A stretch of 64,000 bases of DNA from an uncultured Sangeribacter sp. (GCA_964480745.1 CAYZQA010000002.1:2744-66743); one strand, 5' to 3'; shown: positions 1 through 8,858, numbered from the stretch's first letter. Numbers and translations are program-made. The notes: a model not told the origin generated them from the letters alone.

Positions 1-498
1 AGCTTTGACGAACTACAAGGAGATGTGTTCAATTTTCTTCTGAGAAAGAGAGCCGAAGTATGGCCAATTGGGAATAAGGATAGGGAGGCAATCTGGCAAA
101 TCAGGCTCGATCCCCCCGCTTATTCCAACAGCTATCTTCACGACGCCGCCGAGCACATATTGTCTCAACTGGACAAATTTTCTCCTTGGTTGACGCATGA
201 TAATCCGGAAATTGTAGCCAATGCCTTGTTGATATTGTGTGTTAGGGAAAACAGAATGCTTCAGAGCCAACTCGAATCTCAGTTGCAGCTTTTTCGTAAA
301 AGTGGGGGCTTTACGGAGAATATGACAGCCGAAAGGCTGGAAGCCCGCAGAGAAAGAGCTTCTAATGAGGGCGCCCCGAGCTGCCCGGTTTGTGGCAAAC
401 CGATGTTGAAAAGGATGCAACGGAAGGGAGAGAACCAGGGACGCGAGTTCTGGGGCTGCAGCGATTACCCGCGTTGCAACGGGACGAGGAGGATTTAA
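1..498 (+). CDS. four-helix-bundle protein with C-terminal topoisomerase-type C4 zinc ribbon (5' end cut by window edge)
   Basis: Frame is open from nt 1 (track start at 25 is an internal GTG). C-terminus CPVCGKPM..FWGCSDYPRCNGT fits the topoisomerase-type zinc-ribbon pattern. Helical N-part resembles four-helix-bundle/23S-IVS-like proteins. Confidence 0.55.
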   Translation, partial: SFDELQGDVFNFLLRKRAEVWPIGNKDREAIWQIRLDPPAYSNSYLHDAAEHILSQLDKFSPWLTHDNPEIVANALLILCVRENRMLQSQLESQLQLFRKSGGFTENMTAERLEARRERASNEGAPSCPVCGKPMLKRMQRKGENQGREFWGCSDYPRCNGTRRI

Positions 499-504
499 TT
501 GGGG

Positions 505-663
505 GATTTTATCGAGATTTATCAGGATTAATCAGGATTAATCTTGATTTATCGGGATTAATCTTGATTTATCTTGATTAATCTTGATTAATCGGGATTT
601 ATCAGGCTTAATCTTGATTTATCGGGATTTATCAGGCTTAATCTTGAATTATCGGGATTATCC
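505..663. repeat. tandem array, about 16 units of 10 bp (ATC-NN-GATT-W; palindromic core GATTAATC)
   Basis: Fifteen units sit in exact 10-bp register at 511-660, with partial units at both ends. A 30-bp super-unit is duplicated (601-630 and 631-660). Confidence 0.95.
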
Positions 664-678
664 AAATAATTTTTCGTT

Positions 679-1674
679 ATGGTTTCAGTTATCGTTGTGA
701 CATATAATCAGGAGGGGACGATCGCCCGGACCCTCGATTCCATCCTTTCGCAGAAGTTTGACGGACCGTTCGAGATCGTTGTCGGCGACGATTGTTCGTC
801 CGACCGGACTTCCGATATTTGTCGCGATTATGCGGCCCGTTTTCCGAAGATTATCCGCTATTTCCGGCGCGACAGGAATCTCGGCGTGGTCAGGAATTAT
901 TTCCAGTGCCTCGCCGATTGCCGAGGTAAGTTTGTGGCCGATTGCGCGGGGGATGATTTCTGGGTGGACCGCTACAAGCTGAAGAAGCAGCGTGATCTTC
1001 TCCTTTCCAATCCCGCCATTTCGATTGTCCACACCGCCTGGAACAGTTGCGCACCCGACGGCAGCAACCCTCAGCCCGGCTTGTCGCGCGATGTGCGCGC
1101 CCGAATACCGGCCATCTCCCTCAAGGGCACGTCGGTCGGCGCTATCCTCGGCCGGAAGCCGGAGGCGACGATCCATCTTTGCTCGGCGATGTACCGCAAG
1201 TCGCTCATCGACCGGGAGATCGAAGATCATCCCGAGCTATTTGTCTCAGACGATTATTCATGCGAGGATCTCCAGATCATCGTGGCCATGGCAGCTCGTG
1301 GGTCTGTGGCCTACCTGCCGGAGGTGACGCTCTACTATAGCGTCGCGCCCGATTCGGTCTCGCATCAGACGGATTTCCGGAAAAAATACCGGCAGGTACG
1401 GGGGAATCTGATCCTCACCGAGCGGCTTCGCCAGCATTTCGGCATTGACCCGGCGGTCGTGGCGGACTATTATTCCCGGACGGCTGATTATCTTGAGGCG
1501 CAGGTATTTCATGCCGGGGATGAGGCATTGCTTGCCGATAGCCGGGAACTGATCGCCTCCTTGCCGATTGAGGGGAAACGGTCGCGAAAGGGTGCGCTCC
1601 GCCGCAGCCTGATGGGGAACCCCGCGCTCTGGAAGCTTTCGCGCCGCCTGTTCGGCAAGAAAGAGAGTCGATAA
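679..1674 (+). CDS. glycosyltransferase family 2
   Basis: N-terminal VIVVTYNQ..SILSQ..VGDDCSSD is the GT-A/DxD signature. Confidence 0.85.
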   Translation: MVSVIVVTYNQEGTIARTLDSILSQKFDGPFEIVVGDDCSSDRTSDICRDYAARFPKIIRYFRRDRNLGVVRNYFQCLADCRGKFVADCAGDDFWVDRYKLKKQRDLLLSNPAISIVHTAWNSCAPDGSNPQPGLSRDVRARIPAISLKGTSVGAILGRKPEATIHLCSAMYRKSLIDREIEDHPELFVSDDYSCEDLQIIVAMAARGSVAYLPEVTLYYSVAPDSVSHQTDFRKKYRQVRGNLILTERLRQHFGIDPAVVADYYSRTADYLEAQVFHAGDEALLADSRELIASLPIEGKRSRKGALRRSLMGNPALWKLSRRLFGKKESR

Positions 1675-1695
1675 GGCAGGGCGGCTGGTAAAACA

Positions 1696-1717
1696 GGGAC
1701 GCGATGTATCGCGTCCC
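1696..1717. repeat. REP-like palindrome GGGACGCGAT-GT-ATCGCGTCCC
   Basis: 10-bp perfect arms located 22 nt after the GT2 stop. Same element as at 63528-63547 and 63573-63592. Confidence 0.85.
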
Positions 1718-1869
1718 TACTCTGGCTGGAATGTCTTTGTGGTTGTTTCGCGGGGATGGATTTGCAATAATCGGCGGGATGTGCTATTTTTGTGGTTTAA
1801 TTGGGATGGGAGCGCGCCGGTCGATACGGCGGTTACCCTCACTCCCTCCACATTCCCGAAGATTAGCCG

Positions 1870-3402
1870 ATGAAAATTCTTACTAATAAAGATATTAAGG
1901 CCTTGAAGACGGCCACGTGCGAGGCCCAGAATATTAGCTCTATCGATCTGATGGAGCGTATCGCCTCCGTCGTCAGCGTCGAGGTCATCTCCCGGTTCCT
2001 CCCCAGCCAGCGGATTGTCGTCGTGGCCGGACCGGGCAATAACGGCGGCGACGCACTCGCCACCGCCCGGATGCTTTTCGAGCAGGGCTACCGCAAGGTC
2101 GAAGTCTTCCTTTTCAATGTCTCCGACCGCCTCAGCCACGATTGCGACGAGGAACGCAAGAAACTGCTCACAGTCGACGGCATCGATTTCACCGAAATCC
2201 GCCGCGAGTTCACCCCTCCCTACCTCGGGAAGAATGATGTCGTGATCGACGGACTCTTCGGCGCCGGATTGAAGGATGGCCTGAAGGGTGGCTTCATGAT
2301 GCTCGCCCGTTATATCAACGATTCCGGCGCGTATGTAATCTCAATCGATCTCCCTTCCGGCCTGATGGGGGAGAGCAACCAGAACAATAATCTCCGCGAT
2401 GTCATTCACGCCAATCTGACGCTGACCTTCCAACTGCCCCGCCTTTCGTTCTTCTTCAAGGAGAATTCGGAAGTGCTTGGCGAATGGAAGCTCATAGACA
2501 TTGACCTCGATCAGGACGCGATAAGGAACGTGGAGTCTGACTATTACGTCATCGACGCCAAGAATGTCGCTCCGCTCCTCCGCAAGCGCGACCCCTTCAC
2601 GGCCAAGCGCGACTACGGTTCGACGCTCCTTTTCGCCGGCTCCACCGGCATGATGGGCGCCGCCGTGATGTCCGCCCGCGCTGTGCTCAAGACCGGCGCC
2701 GGGCTCTGCACGGTCCATTCCGCCAGCCGCGGCTTGCAGATATTGCAGACCGCCGTGCCGGAAGCTATGTTCGAGCCCGACCGCAACGAGCATATAATCA
2801 CGGACATGCGCCTCCATCATAACCATCAGGTTGTGGCGGTCGGCCCCGGAATCGGTACGCATGAGAGCACAATCAACGCCCTCAACTCGCTGCTTCAGAA
2901 CACGACCGCACCCCTCGTGCTCGATGCCGACGCATTGAACTGTATCGCCCAACGCCCCGAAATGCTGACGCTCCTCCCCCCGAAGACCATCATCACCCCC
3001 CATATCGGCGAGTTCGACCGTCTCTTCGGCGAACATCTATATGGCGAGGAACGCGTCGCAACGGCCGTCAAGATGGCCCGCCATTACAATATAAACATTG
3101 TCCTCAAGGGGCATTATTCGGTTGTTGTCCGTCCGACAGGGCGCGTCTGCTTCAACATGACCGGTAACCCGGGAATGGCCACAGCCGGCAGCGGCGACGT
3201 ACTGACCGGAATCATCGCCTCCTTCCTCTCCCAGGGCTACGCGCCGGAATATGCCGCCACAATCGGGGTCTATATCCACGGCCTCGCCGGAGATATGGCC
3301 GCCGAGGAAGTCGGCGAGTTCGGGCTTACGGCTTCCGACATCGTCAACTGGTCGGGCCGCGCAATCAGGGAGGTGCTCAACCGTTCTCCAAAACTTTTCT
3401 AA
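1870..3402 (+). CDS. nnr: bifunctional NAD(P)H-hydrate epimerase / ADP-dependent dehydratase
   Basis: YjeF_N part (GPGNNGGDA) plus C-terminal carbohydrate-kinase-like part (GSGDVLTG). Confidence 0.9.
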   Translation: MKILTNKDIKALKTATCEAQNISSIDLMERIASVVSVEVISRFLPSQRIVVVAGPGNNGGDALATARMLFEQGYRKVEVFLFNVSDRLSHDCDEERKKLLTVDGIDFTEIRREFTPPYLGKNDVVIDGLFGAGLKDGLKGGFMMLARYINDSGAYVISIDLPSGLMGESNQNNNLRDVIHANLTLTFQLPRLSFFFKENSEVLGEWKLIDIDLDQDAIRNVESDYYVIDAKNVAPLLRKRDPFTAKRDYGSTLLFAGSTGMMGAAVMSARAVLKTGAGLCTVHSASRGLQILQTAVPEAMFEPDRNEHIITDMRLHHNHQVVAVGPGIGTHESTINALNSLLQNTTAPLVLDADALNCIAQRPEMLTLLPPKTIITPHIGEFDRLFGEHLYGEERVATAVKMARHYNINIVLKGHYSVVVRPTGRVCFNMTGNPGMATAGSGDVLTGIIASFLSQGYAPEYAATIGVYIHGLAGDMAAEEVGEFGLTASDIVNWSGRAIREVLNRSPKLF

Positions 3403-3413
3403 ATCTCCTCGCT

Positions 3414-4493
3414 ATGAAAAGAATAATCTCAATCCTGACGCTTATTGCCGGTGTTTCATTCGGGAGCTTCAGCCAGCAGACAAAGATCCTGACCGCCGAG
3501 AAGCATAACGAATATGGGCTTGTCTATACGCTGCCGACAACGGCGTTGCGAATCGACGTGACGGCGCGGCGGACCGTAAATGTCGCCGGGCCTTATTACC
3601 GCTACGCCAAGAAATATATCGGCACGGATAAAGTCATCGCCAACGATTACGAACAATGGGCGATAACCGACCTGCAGGTGACCCCCTACGGAATCCCTGA
3701 TCCGGAATCGCGCTACCTCATGCAGCTTAAGCCGGGGGCCCTGACCTGGATTTGCGTCGACAATGACGGGATGCTTCTGTCGATCAACACTGAATCCGAA
3801 GCCCCTTCGCTTCCGGCCGTCGCGTCCGATACGAAAGCGGCTCCGATTAATGAAAAGGAATATCTGCAATATGTCAACGAGGATTTCCTCGCCTCCCAGT
3901 CTTCGGCCAAGCAGGCCCAGATGCTGGCGGAGAGCCTGATGGAAATCCGCGATGCACGCATCTCCCTTACGCGCGGCACGGCTGAGACCATGCCCACGGA
4001 TGGACGACAGCTCGAACTGATGCTCCAGGAACTTGCCCGCCAGGAAGCGGCCATTACGGGCGCATTCACCGGATTTTCGACCACGGAAACCGTAACCCGC
4101 AGCTACACGTTCATCCCCGAGGAGGATGGGCGTACGGTCCTTTTCCGCATGAGCGACTTTGCCGGATTCGTCGAGGCCGACGATTATTCCGGCGACCCGG
4201 TCTATATCAAGGTTGCCGTCGGAAAGCGCGGGGAATTGCCCGTCGATGCGAAAGGGGAGGAGAAGAAGCTTCCGAAGGATGCCGTCGTCTACAATATCCC
4301 CGGCTCGGCGCGCGTCACGCTCAGCCTCGCCGACAAGACGCTTTATGACCGCTCGCTTGATTTCTCCCAGTTTGGCGTCCGGTTTGGCTTGAATCCTACT
4401 CTGTTCAGCGATAAGAAGGCGCGTTCAGCTGCAACGTTCAATCCCGCAACGGGTGCCCTCGAAGATATAGGCCCGGCAGATGATGCAGAATAA
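3414..4493 (+). CDS. DUF4831-like secreted protein
   Basis: Signal peptide present. Family assignment is from recollection of Bacteroidota DUF4831 proteins. No catalytic motif seen. Confidence 0.55.
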   Translation: MKRIISILTLIAGVSFGSFSQQTKILTAEKHNEYGLVYTLPTTALRIDVTARRTVNVAGPYYRYAKKYIGTDKVIANDYEQWAITDLQVTPYGIPDPESRYLMQLKPGALTWICVDNDGMLLSINTESEAPSLPAVASDTKAAPINEKEYLQYVNEDFLASQSSAKQAQMLAESLMEIRDARISLTRGTAETMPTDGRQLELMLQELARQEAAITGAFTGFSTTETVTRSYTFIPEEDGRTVLFRMSDFAGFVEADDYSGDPVYIKVAVGKRGELPVDAKGEEKKLPKDAVVYNIPGSARVTLSLADKTLYDRSLDFSQFGVRFGLNPTLFSDKKARSAATFNPATGALEDIGPADDAE

Positions 4494-5793
4494 TACCCCC
4501 GTCACGCTGTCGCAATTCCAGGCGATGGTCGGCAACGCGCTGCGCGTCGTGCCGACGCTCCAGCGCGCATGGATTATCGCCGAGCTGAGCGATGTCCGCG
4601 TCAGCGGCGGCCATTGCTACATGGAGCTGATCGAGAAGGATGAGCGGGGCATGACCCGCGCCAAGGCAAGGGCCATGATCTGGGCCGGTCAGCTACAGGC
4701 CCTCCGGATGAAGTTTCATGCCGCCACGGGCCGCGATATCTGCTCGGGACTGAAAGTCCTTGTCTGCGGGTCGGTCAACCATCACCAGATCTATGGCCTG
4801 TCGGTTACGATAACCGACATCGACCCTTCCTACACTCTCGGCGATATGGAGCGTCTGCGGCGCGAGATCCTCGATCGCCTTAAACGCGAGGGACTGCTCG
4901 ACTGCAACAAGCAGCTCGACCTCTCGCCGATCCCCCAGCGGATAGCCGTCATTTCGGCCGAAGGGGCTGCCGGCTATGGCGATTTTATGAACCAGCTCGG
5001 CAATAACCCCGAGGGCTACAAGCTTTATCCTTTCCTTTTCCGGGCCGTCATGCAGGGCGATAACACGGTGCCTTCCGTCATGAATGCCCTCGATCTCGTC
5101 GAATCGACGATCGACCTCTGGGACTGCGTAGTCATTATCCGAGGAGGCGGGGCGACCACCGACCTCAACAGTTTTGATAATTATGACCTGGCGCGGCGGG
5201 TTGCGGAGTTCAGTCTGCCGGTCATCGTCGGTATCGGCCATGAGCGCGACCGGACGGTGCTCGACGAGATTGCCAACGTGCGCTGCAAGACACCGACCGC
5301 CGTGGCTGCGTTCCTGATCGACCGCCTGCGGGATGCGTGGTTGCGCGTTTCGGGGCTCGTGGAGAAGGTAGGCCGCTATGGCGCTGATGCGTTAAGGGGT
5401 GAGGAGCATCGCCTCGCCAATCTGGAGGCCTCGCTTCCGGCGCTCGTGCATCATCGCGTGATGCGCGAGAAGATGCGGCTCAGCGAATTGGCTGCCCGCG
5501 TCGGGAAGGATGCCGGAAAGGTTGTCGCCTCCGAGCGCTCGAAGCTCGACATGGCTGTCGTCAGGTTAGGGCAGGGAATGAAAAATGCGACGGCGCGCGA
5601 GAAGATGAAGCTGCAACGTCTTGACGATATGCTGAGGCTGCTGAGTCCGGACAATACGCTTCGACGTGGCTACAGCATCACGCGTGTCAATGGCCACGCT
5701 GTCAGGGATGCTTCGCAATTGGCAGCGGGAGATGTGGTGGAGACGCGGGTCCAGAACGGAGTGTTCCGTTCGCGCGTGGAAAACGATAATTAA
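4480..5793 (+). CDS. xseA: exodeoxyribonuclease VII large subunit
   Basis: OB-fold N-terminus and catalytic core (IIRGGG, GIGHERD). Followed by xseB. Confidence 0.9.
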   Translation: MMQNNTPVTLSQFQAMVGNALRVVPTLQRAWIIAELSDVRVSGGHCYMELIEKDERGMTRAKARAMIWAGQLQALRMKFHAATGRDICSGLKVLVCGSVNHHQIYGLSVTITDIDPSYTLGDMERLRREILDRLKREGLLDCNKQLDLSPIPQRIAVISAEGAAGYGDFMNQLGNNPEGYKLYPFLFRAVMQGDNTVPSVMNALDLVESTIDLWDCVVIIRGGGATTDLNSFDNYDLARRVAEFSLPVIVGIGHERDRTVLDEIANVRCKTPTAVAAFLIDRLRDAWLRVSGLVEKVGRYGADALRGEEHRLANLEASLPALVHHRVMREKMRLSELAARVGKDAGKVVASERSKLDMAVVRLGQGMKNATAREKMKLQRLDDMLRLLSPDNTLRRGYSITRVNGHAVRDASQLAAGDVVETRVQNGVFRSRVENDN

Positions 5794-5802
5794 AACTTAG
5801 AA

Positions 5803-6015
5803 ATGGATACGAACGAACTCAAATATAAGGATGCAGTTGCGGAACTGGAAACCATCGTCCGCAAAATGGAATCGGACACATGCGACATCGACTCGCTGTC
5901 GGCCTATACCAACCGCGCCTTGGAACTGCTTAAATTCTGCAAGGAGCGACTGATGAAGACCGACAAAGACGTCGAAGCCTGCCTCGAACAGCTCCGCTCC
6001 GCCCTCGCCGAATAA
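5803..6015 (+). CDS. xseB: exodeoxyribonuclease VII small subunit
   Basis: 70-aa helical protein directly after xseA. Confidence 0.85.
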   Translation: MDTNELKYKDAVAELETIVRKMESDTCDIDSLSAYTNRALELLKFCKERLMKTDKDVEACLEQLRSALAE

Positions 6016-6030
6016 TCCAGACCGCGGGAA

Positions 6031-8505
6031 TTATTCGCGGTAGTAGACGCGTTTGACGCGGGGGGAGACGGAGGTCAGGATTTCGTAGGGGATCGTGTCG
6101 AGCGCGTCCGCAAGCCGCTGGAGCGGCGCCTGGCGTCCGAAAATCTCCACCGTATCCCCCACCTTGCAGTCGATGTCGGTCACGTCGATCATGCAGGCGT
6201 CCATGCAGATGTTGCCCACAGTCGGCGCCTCCTGCCCGTTCACAATCACCGATATGCGGCCCCGTCCGAAATGACGGTTCATCCCGTCGGCATAGCCGAT
6301 CGGGATTGTCGCTATGAGCGAACGGCGCGTCAGACGCCCATGACGCCCGTAGCCTATCGTCTCCTCCTGATCCCATTCCCGGATCGCTATTATCATCGTC
6401 TTCAGCGTAGAGACGACCGCCAACGGCTCCTCCATCGACGGAGGAAGCGTGTTCGCCCCGTAAAGACCGATCCCGAGCCGCGCGAAATCATAATGATACT
6501 CCGGAAACCGCAGGATGCCCGCCGAATTCAGTATATGCCGAAGGATCGGCCGGCTGCTCCGCGACAGCATGTAGTCCGTGAATTTTTCAAACCGCTTCAG
6601 CTGGAGCAACGTGTAATCATCCATGTCCGGGCAATCGGCCGTGGCCAGATGTGAGAACACGGTCTTGGCTCTTACGCAAGGATTCGCCTCAAGGATATCC
6701 ATCAGTTCGGGGAGTTCCGATTCGAGGAAACCGGTGCGGTGCATCCCCGTGTCCAGCTTTATATGGATGGGATAATCGGAAATCCCATGCTTCCCAGCCT
6801 CGCGGATAACGTCGGAGAGGACGGCAAAGCTATAAATTTCCGGCTCTATACGGTTGTCGAACATCGCCGCGTAATTCTCCACTTTCGGGTTCATCACCAT
6901 AATCGGCATCGTGATGCCTCGGCGGCGGAGTTCCGTGGCCTCGTCAAGGACAGCCACTGCAAGATAGGCTGCCCCGCAATCCTGAAGCGTCTTCGCAATC
7001 TCGTAGCTCCCGGCTCCATATCCGGAAGCCTTGACCATGCAGATGACCCCGGTCGCTGAAGGAAGATGACGGCGGAAATAGTTGAAATTACGCACAATCG
7101 CATCCAGATTCACCTCCAGCACAGTCTCATGCCGGCGCGTCTCCAACATATCGGCCACAGAGGAGAAATCACACTCCGGGGAGCCTTTCAGAAGGATTGC
7201 CTCATTACTGAAATCCGAAGCGCTGAGGGAATCCAACAGTTGCTCGGCCGAGTCGAAAAAGAGTGAGTTGGCCGGGAAGAGGGAGGCGTGGGCCTTCAGC
7301 GTCGGTCCGACGCCGATAAAACGGGGGACATCGGCGGCTTCTAAAAGATGGGCCACGCGACCGCATAGCGCCTCGATGCTACCGGTTTCGTGATGGAGGT
7401 CGCTCAGGATAAGAGTCGAGGTTTGGAACGGCATCTTCCGACGGCGCAGGAAATCGAGCGCAGGGCGCAGGGATGAGAAATCAGATGTGTAGGAATCGAC
7501 AATCACGGAGCAATCGTTGACCCCTTCCGTGACATTCAGTCGCGTCCCGATCTTATGGAGATGGGCGAAACGCTCTGCGATCGTGTCGCGGTCGATTCCG
7601 GCCGAGAGCATGAAGGCGAGTGCATTGGCTGCGTTCTCTACGTCTGTCTCATTGTCGAGCGGTGCGAAGAACCGGCCGTGAATGCCTTCATAAGTGTAAT
7701 CCACTTCCTTTCCGTTTTCTGCGTCGCGGACGCTGATGAAAAGTGGAGCATGGCTATCTTTGCGGCTCCAGCCGAGAGCCTGCGCATTGGGGGCAGCCTT
7801 GGCGACAGCTTCCGTTAGTAGCGGGTCGTCGGCGTTGAATATGACAAGACGTGTAGCCGGGGTCGAGGCGAGCAACGCCTTTTCGTATGCCTTCTCGCGA
7901 TCGGACGAAAAACCGTCGGAATGCGGGTCGCCAATGTTGGTGATTATGACCGTGTCGGGGCATATGCAATTAGCGAGTGGAAGCATCTCGCCGGTGGTGG
8001 AGATTCCGGCCTCGATGATTCCGAGGCGCGCCTCCGGGTCGAGCTCCCACATCGAGAGGGGCACCCCGATCTGGGAATTGTAGCTGCGCGGGGAGCGGGA
8101 AATCCCCGTGAGAGGCTCCATAAGCTGGAAAATCCATTCCTTGAGGGTCGTCTTTCCTCGGCTTCCCGTGATGGCAAGGATAGGGGAGGAGAAACGGTCG
8201 CCCCGCGCGGCGATTGACTGAAGGGCGGCGACAGTGTTGTCAACGAGCAGGAAAACCGCATCGCTTCCCTCCATTTCCGGCGGGATATGGTTGACAACAA
8301 AGCTGCGCACTCCCTTGCGGTAGAGGTCGGCGATATAGCGGTGGCCATCATTGCCGGCGGAGGGAATGGCGAAGAAAAGGGTGGAAGAGGGCGTTTCGAG
8401 CGACCTTGAATCTGTCAGGAGTTGGGAAATGATCCTTTCGCCGGCTTTGGGGTCGGAAATCGACTGCCCGAGGCGGGCGGCTATATCGGAAAGGGTTGCG
8501 GTCAT
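6031..8505 (-). CDS. murF-alr: fused UDP-MurNAc-tripeptide--D-Ala-D-Ala ligase / alanine racemase
   Basis: Mur ligase P-loop GSRGKTT at the N-terminus and PLP racemase VKASGYGAG at the C-terminus. Start moved to ATG 8505 (MTATLSDIAARLG), because the track's GTG 8604 lies inside a terminator hairpin. Confidence 0.85.
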   Translation of the reverse strand: MTATLSDIAARLGQSISDPKAGERIISQLLTDSRSLETPSSTLFFAIPSAGNDGHRYIADLYRKGVRSFVVNHIPPEMEGSDAVFLLVDNTVAALQSIAARGDRFSSPILAITGSRGKTTLKEWIFQLMEPLTGISRSPRSYNSQIGVPLSMWELDPEARLGIIEAGISTTGEMLPLANCICPDTVIITNIGDPHSDGFSSDREKAYEKALLASTPATRLVIFNADDPLLTEAVAKAAPNAQALGWSRKDSHAPLFISVRDAENGKEVDYTYEGIHGRFFAPLDNETDVENAANALAFMLSAGIDRDTIAERFAHLHKIGTRLNVTEGVNDCSVIVDSYTSDFSSLRPALDFLRRRKMPFQTSTLILSDLHHETGSIEALCGRVAHLLEAADVPRFIGVGPTLKAHASLFPANSLFFDSAEQLLDSLSASDFSNEAILLKGSPECDFSSVADMLETRRHETVLEVNLDAIVRNFNYFRRHLPSATGVICMVKASGYGAGSYEIAKTLQDCGAAYLAVAVLDEATELRRRGITMPIMVMNPKVENYAAMFDNRIEPEIYSFAVLSDVIREAGKHGISDYPIHIKLDTGMHRTGFLESELPELMDILEANPCVRAKTVFSHLATADCPDMDDYTLLQLKRFEKFTDYMLSRSSRPILRHILNSAGILRFPEYHYDFARLGIGLYGANTLPPSMEEPLAVVSTLKTMIIAIREWDQEETIGYGRHGRLTRRSLIATIPIGYADGMNRHFGRGRISVIVNGQEAPTVGNICMDACMIDVTDIDCKVGDTVEIFGRQAPLQRLADALDTIPYEILTSVSPRVKRVYYRE

Positions 8506-8583
8506 ATCGTCAATAGGGATTGAAAAAGCAGAGTCATGGAGGCGGATTATCGAGGCGGGCCGTGAGGATCGAAATGGCCGGAT

Positions 8584-8612
8584 AAAAAAACAGATGCGTA
8601 TCACTACGCATC
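8584..8612 (-). terminator. intrinsic terminator-like hairpin in the murF-alr upstream region
   Basis: GATGCGTA-TCAC-TACGCATC followed on the minus strand by TG plus T7. Confidence 0.55.
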
Positions 8613-8846
8613 GTCTTCCCGGTCGTCTACGAAATCCTTCGGAGGGGGACCGTGTCTTAATTCTAATTTAATCCATAACTTTACTAATGCAACAATAAAT
8701 TGTCAATGAAACGATATATGCGATATCTTCAGCTTGGAAATCGGATGGACTCGCCATCTGAATTTCCTCTGCCGTATGTCTTTGTCAACGGTTGCAGATT
8801 TATCCGGCCGGAAAGCATTCCGGGAGGCGCCCCCGGCCTTAAATCC
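8584..8846 (-). ncRNA. candidate ~260-nt non-coding transcript or attenuating leader upstream of murF-alr
   Basis: A TAATTTTG box (8851-8858, minus) is followed about 260 nt later by an 8-bp hairpin plus T7 (8584-8612). No ORF of 60 aa or more on this strand. murF-alr ATG lies 79 nt further on, with no TAnnTTTG box in between. Confidence 0.3.
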
Positions 8847-8850
8847 GATG

Positions 8851-8858
8851 CAAAATTA
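8851..8858 (-). promoter_or_regulatory. -7 box TAATTTTG heading the ~260-nt unit upstream of murF-alr
   Basis: Exact TAnnTTTG. The next bases, GCATCGG ATTTAAGG, resemble the start of sRNA copies C and D. Confidence 0.35.

Noticed and set aside
505-663. Possibility that the short-period repeat array is a CRISPR array or a coding repeat (track ORF 390-581)
   Set aside because: The units are 10 bp with only 2 variable nt, so there are no spacers, and no cas genes are present. The ORF through the array merely translates the repeat (LSGLIRINLDLSGLILIYLD) and overlaps the real upstream gene in another frame.
8506-8604. N-terminal extension of murF-alr from GTG 8604. Similar track extensions exist for ftsX (13534), truB (15656), the RsmB/F-like gene (39186), the DUF4492 gene (18036) and the legumain-fusion lipoprotein (22420).
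   Set aside because: The extensions encode non-homologous, often Arg/Cys-rich peptides. They overlap terminator hairpins, upstream genes or -7 boxes. In every case an internal ATG gives the family-typical N-terminus or signal peptide.
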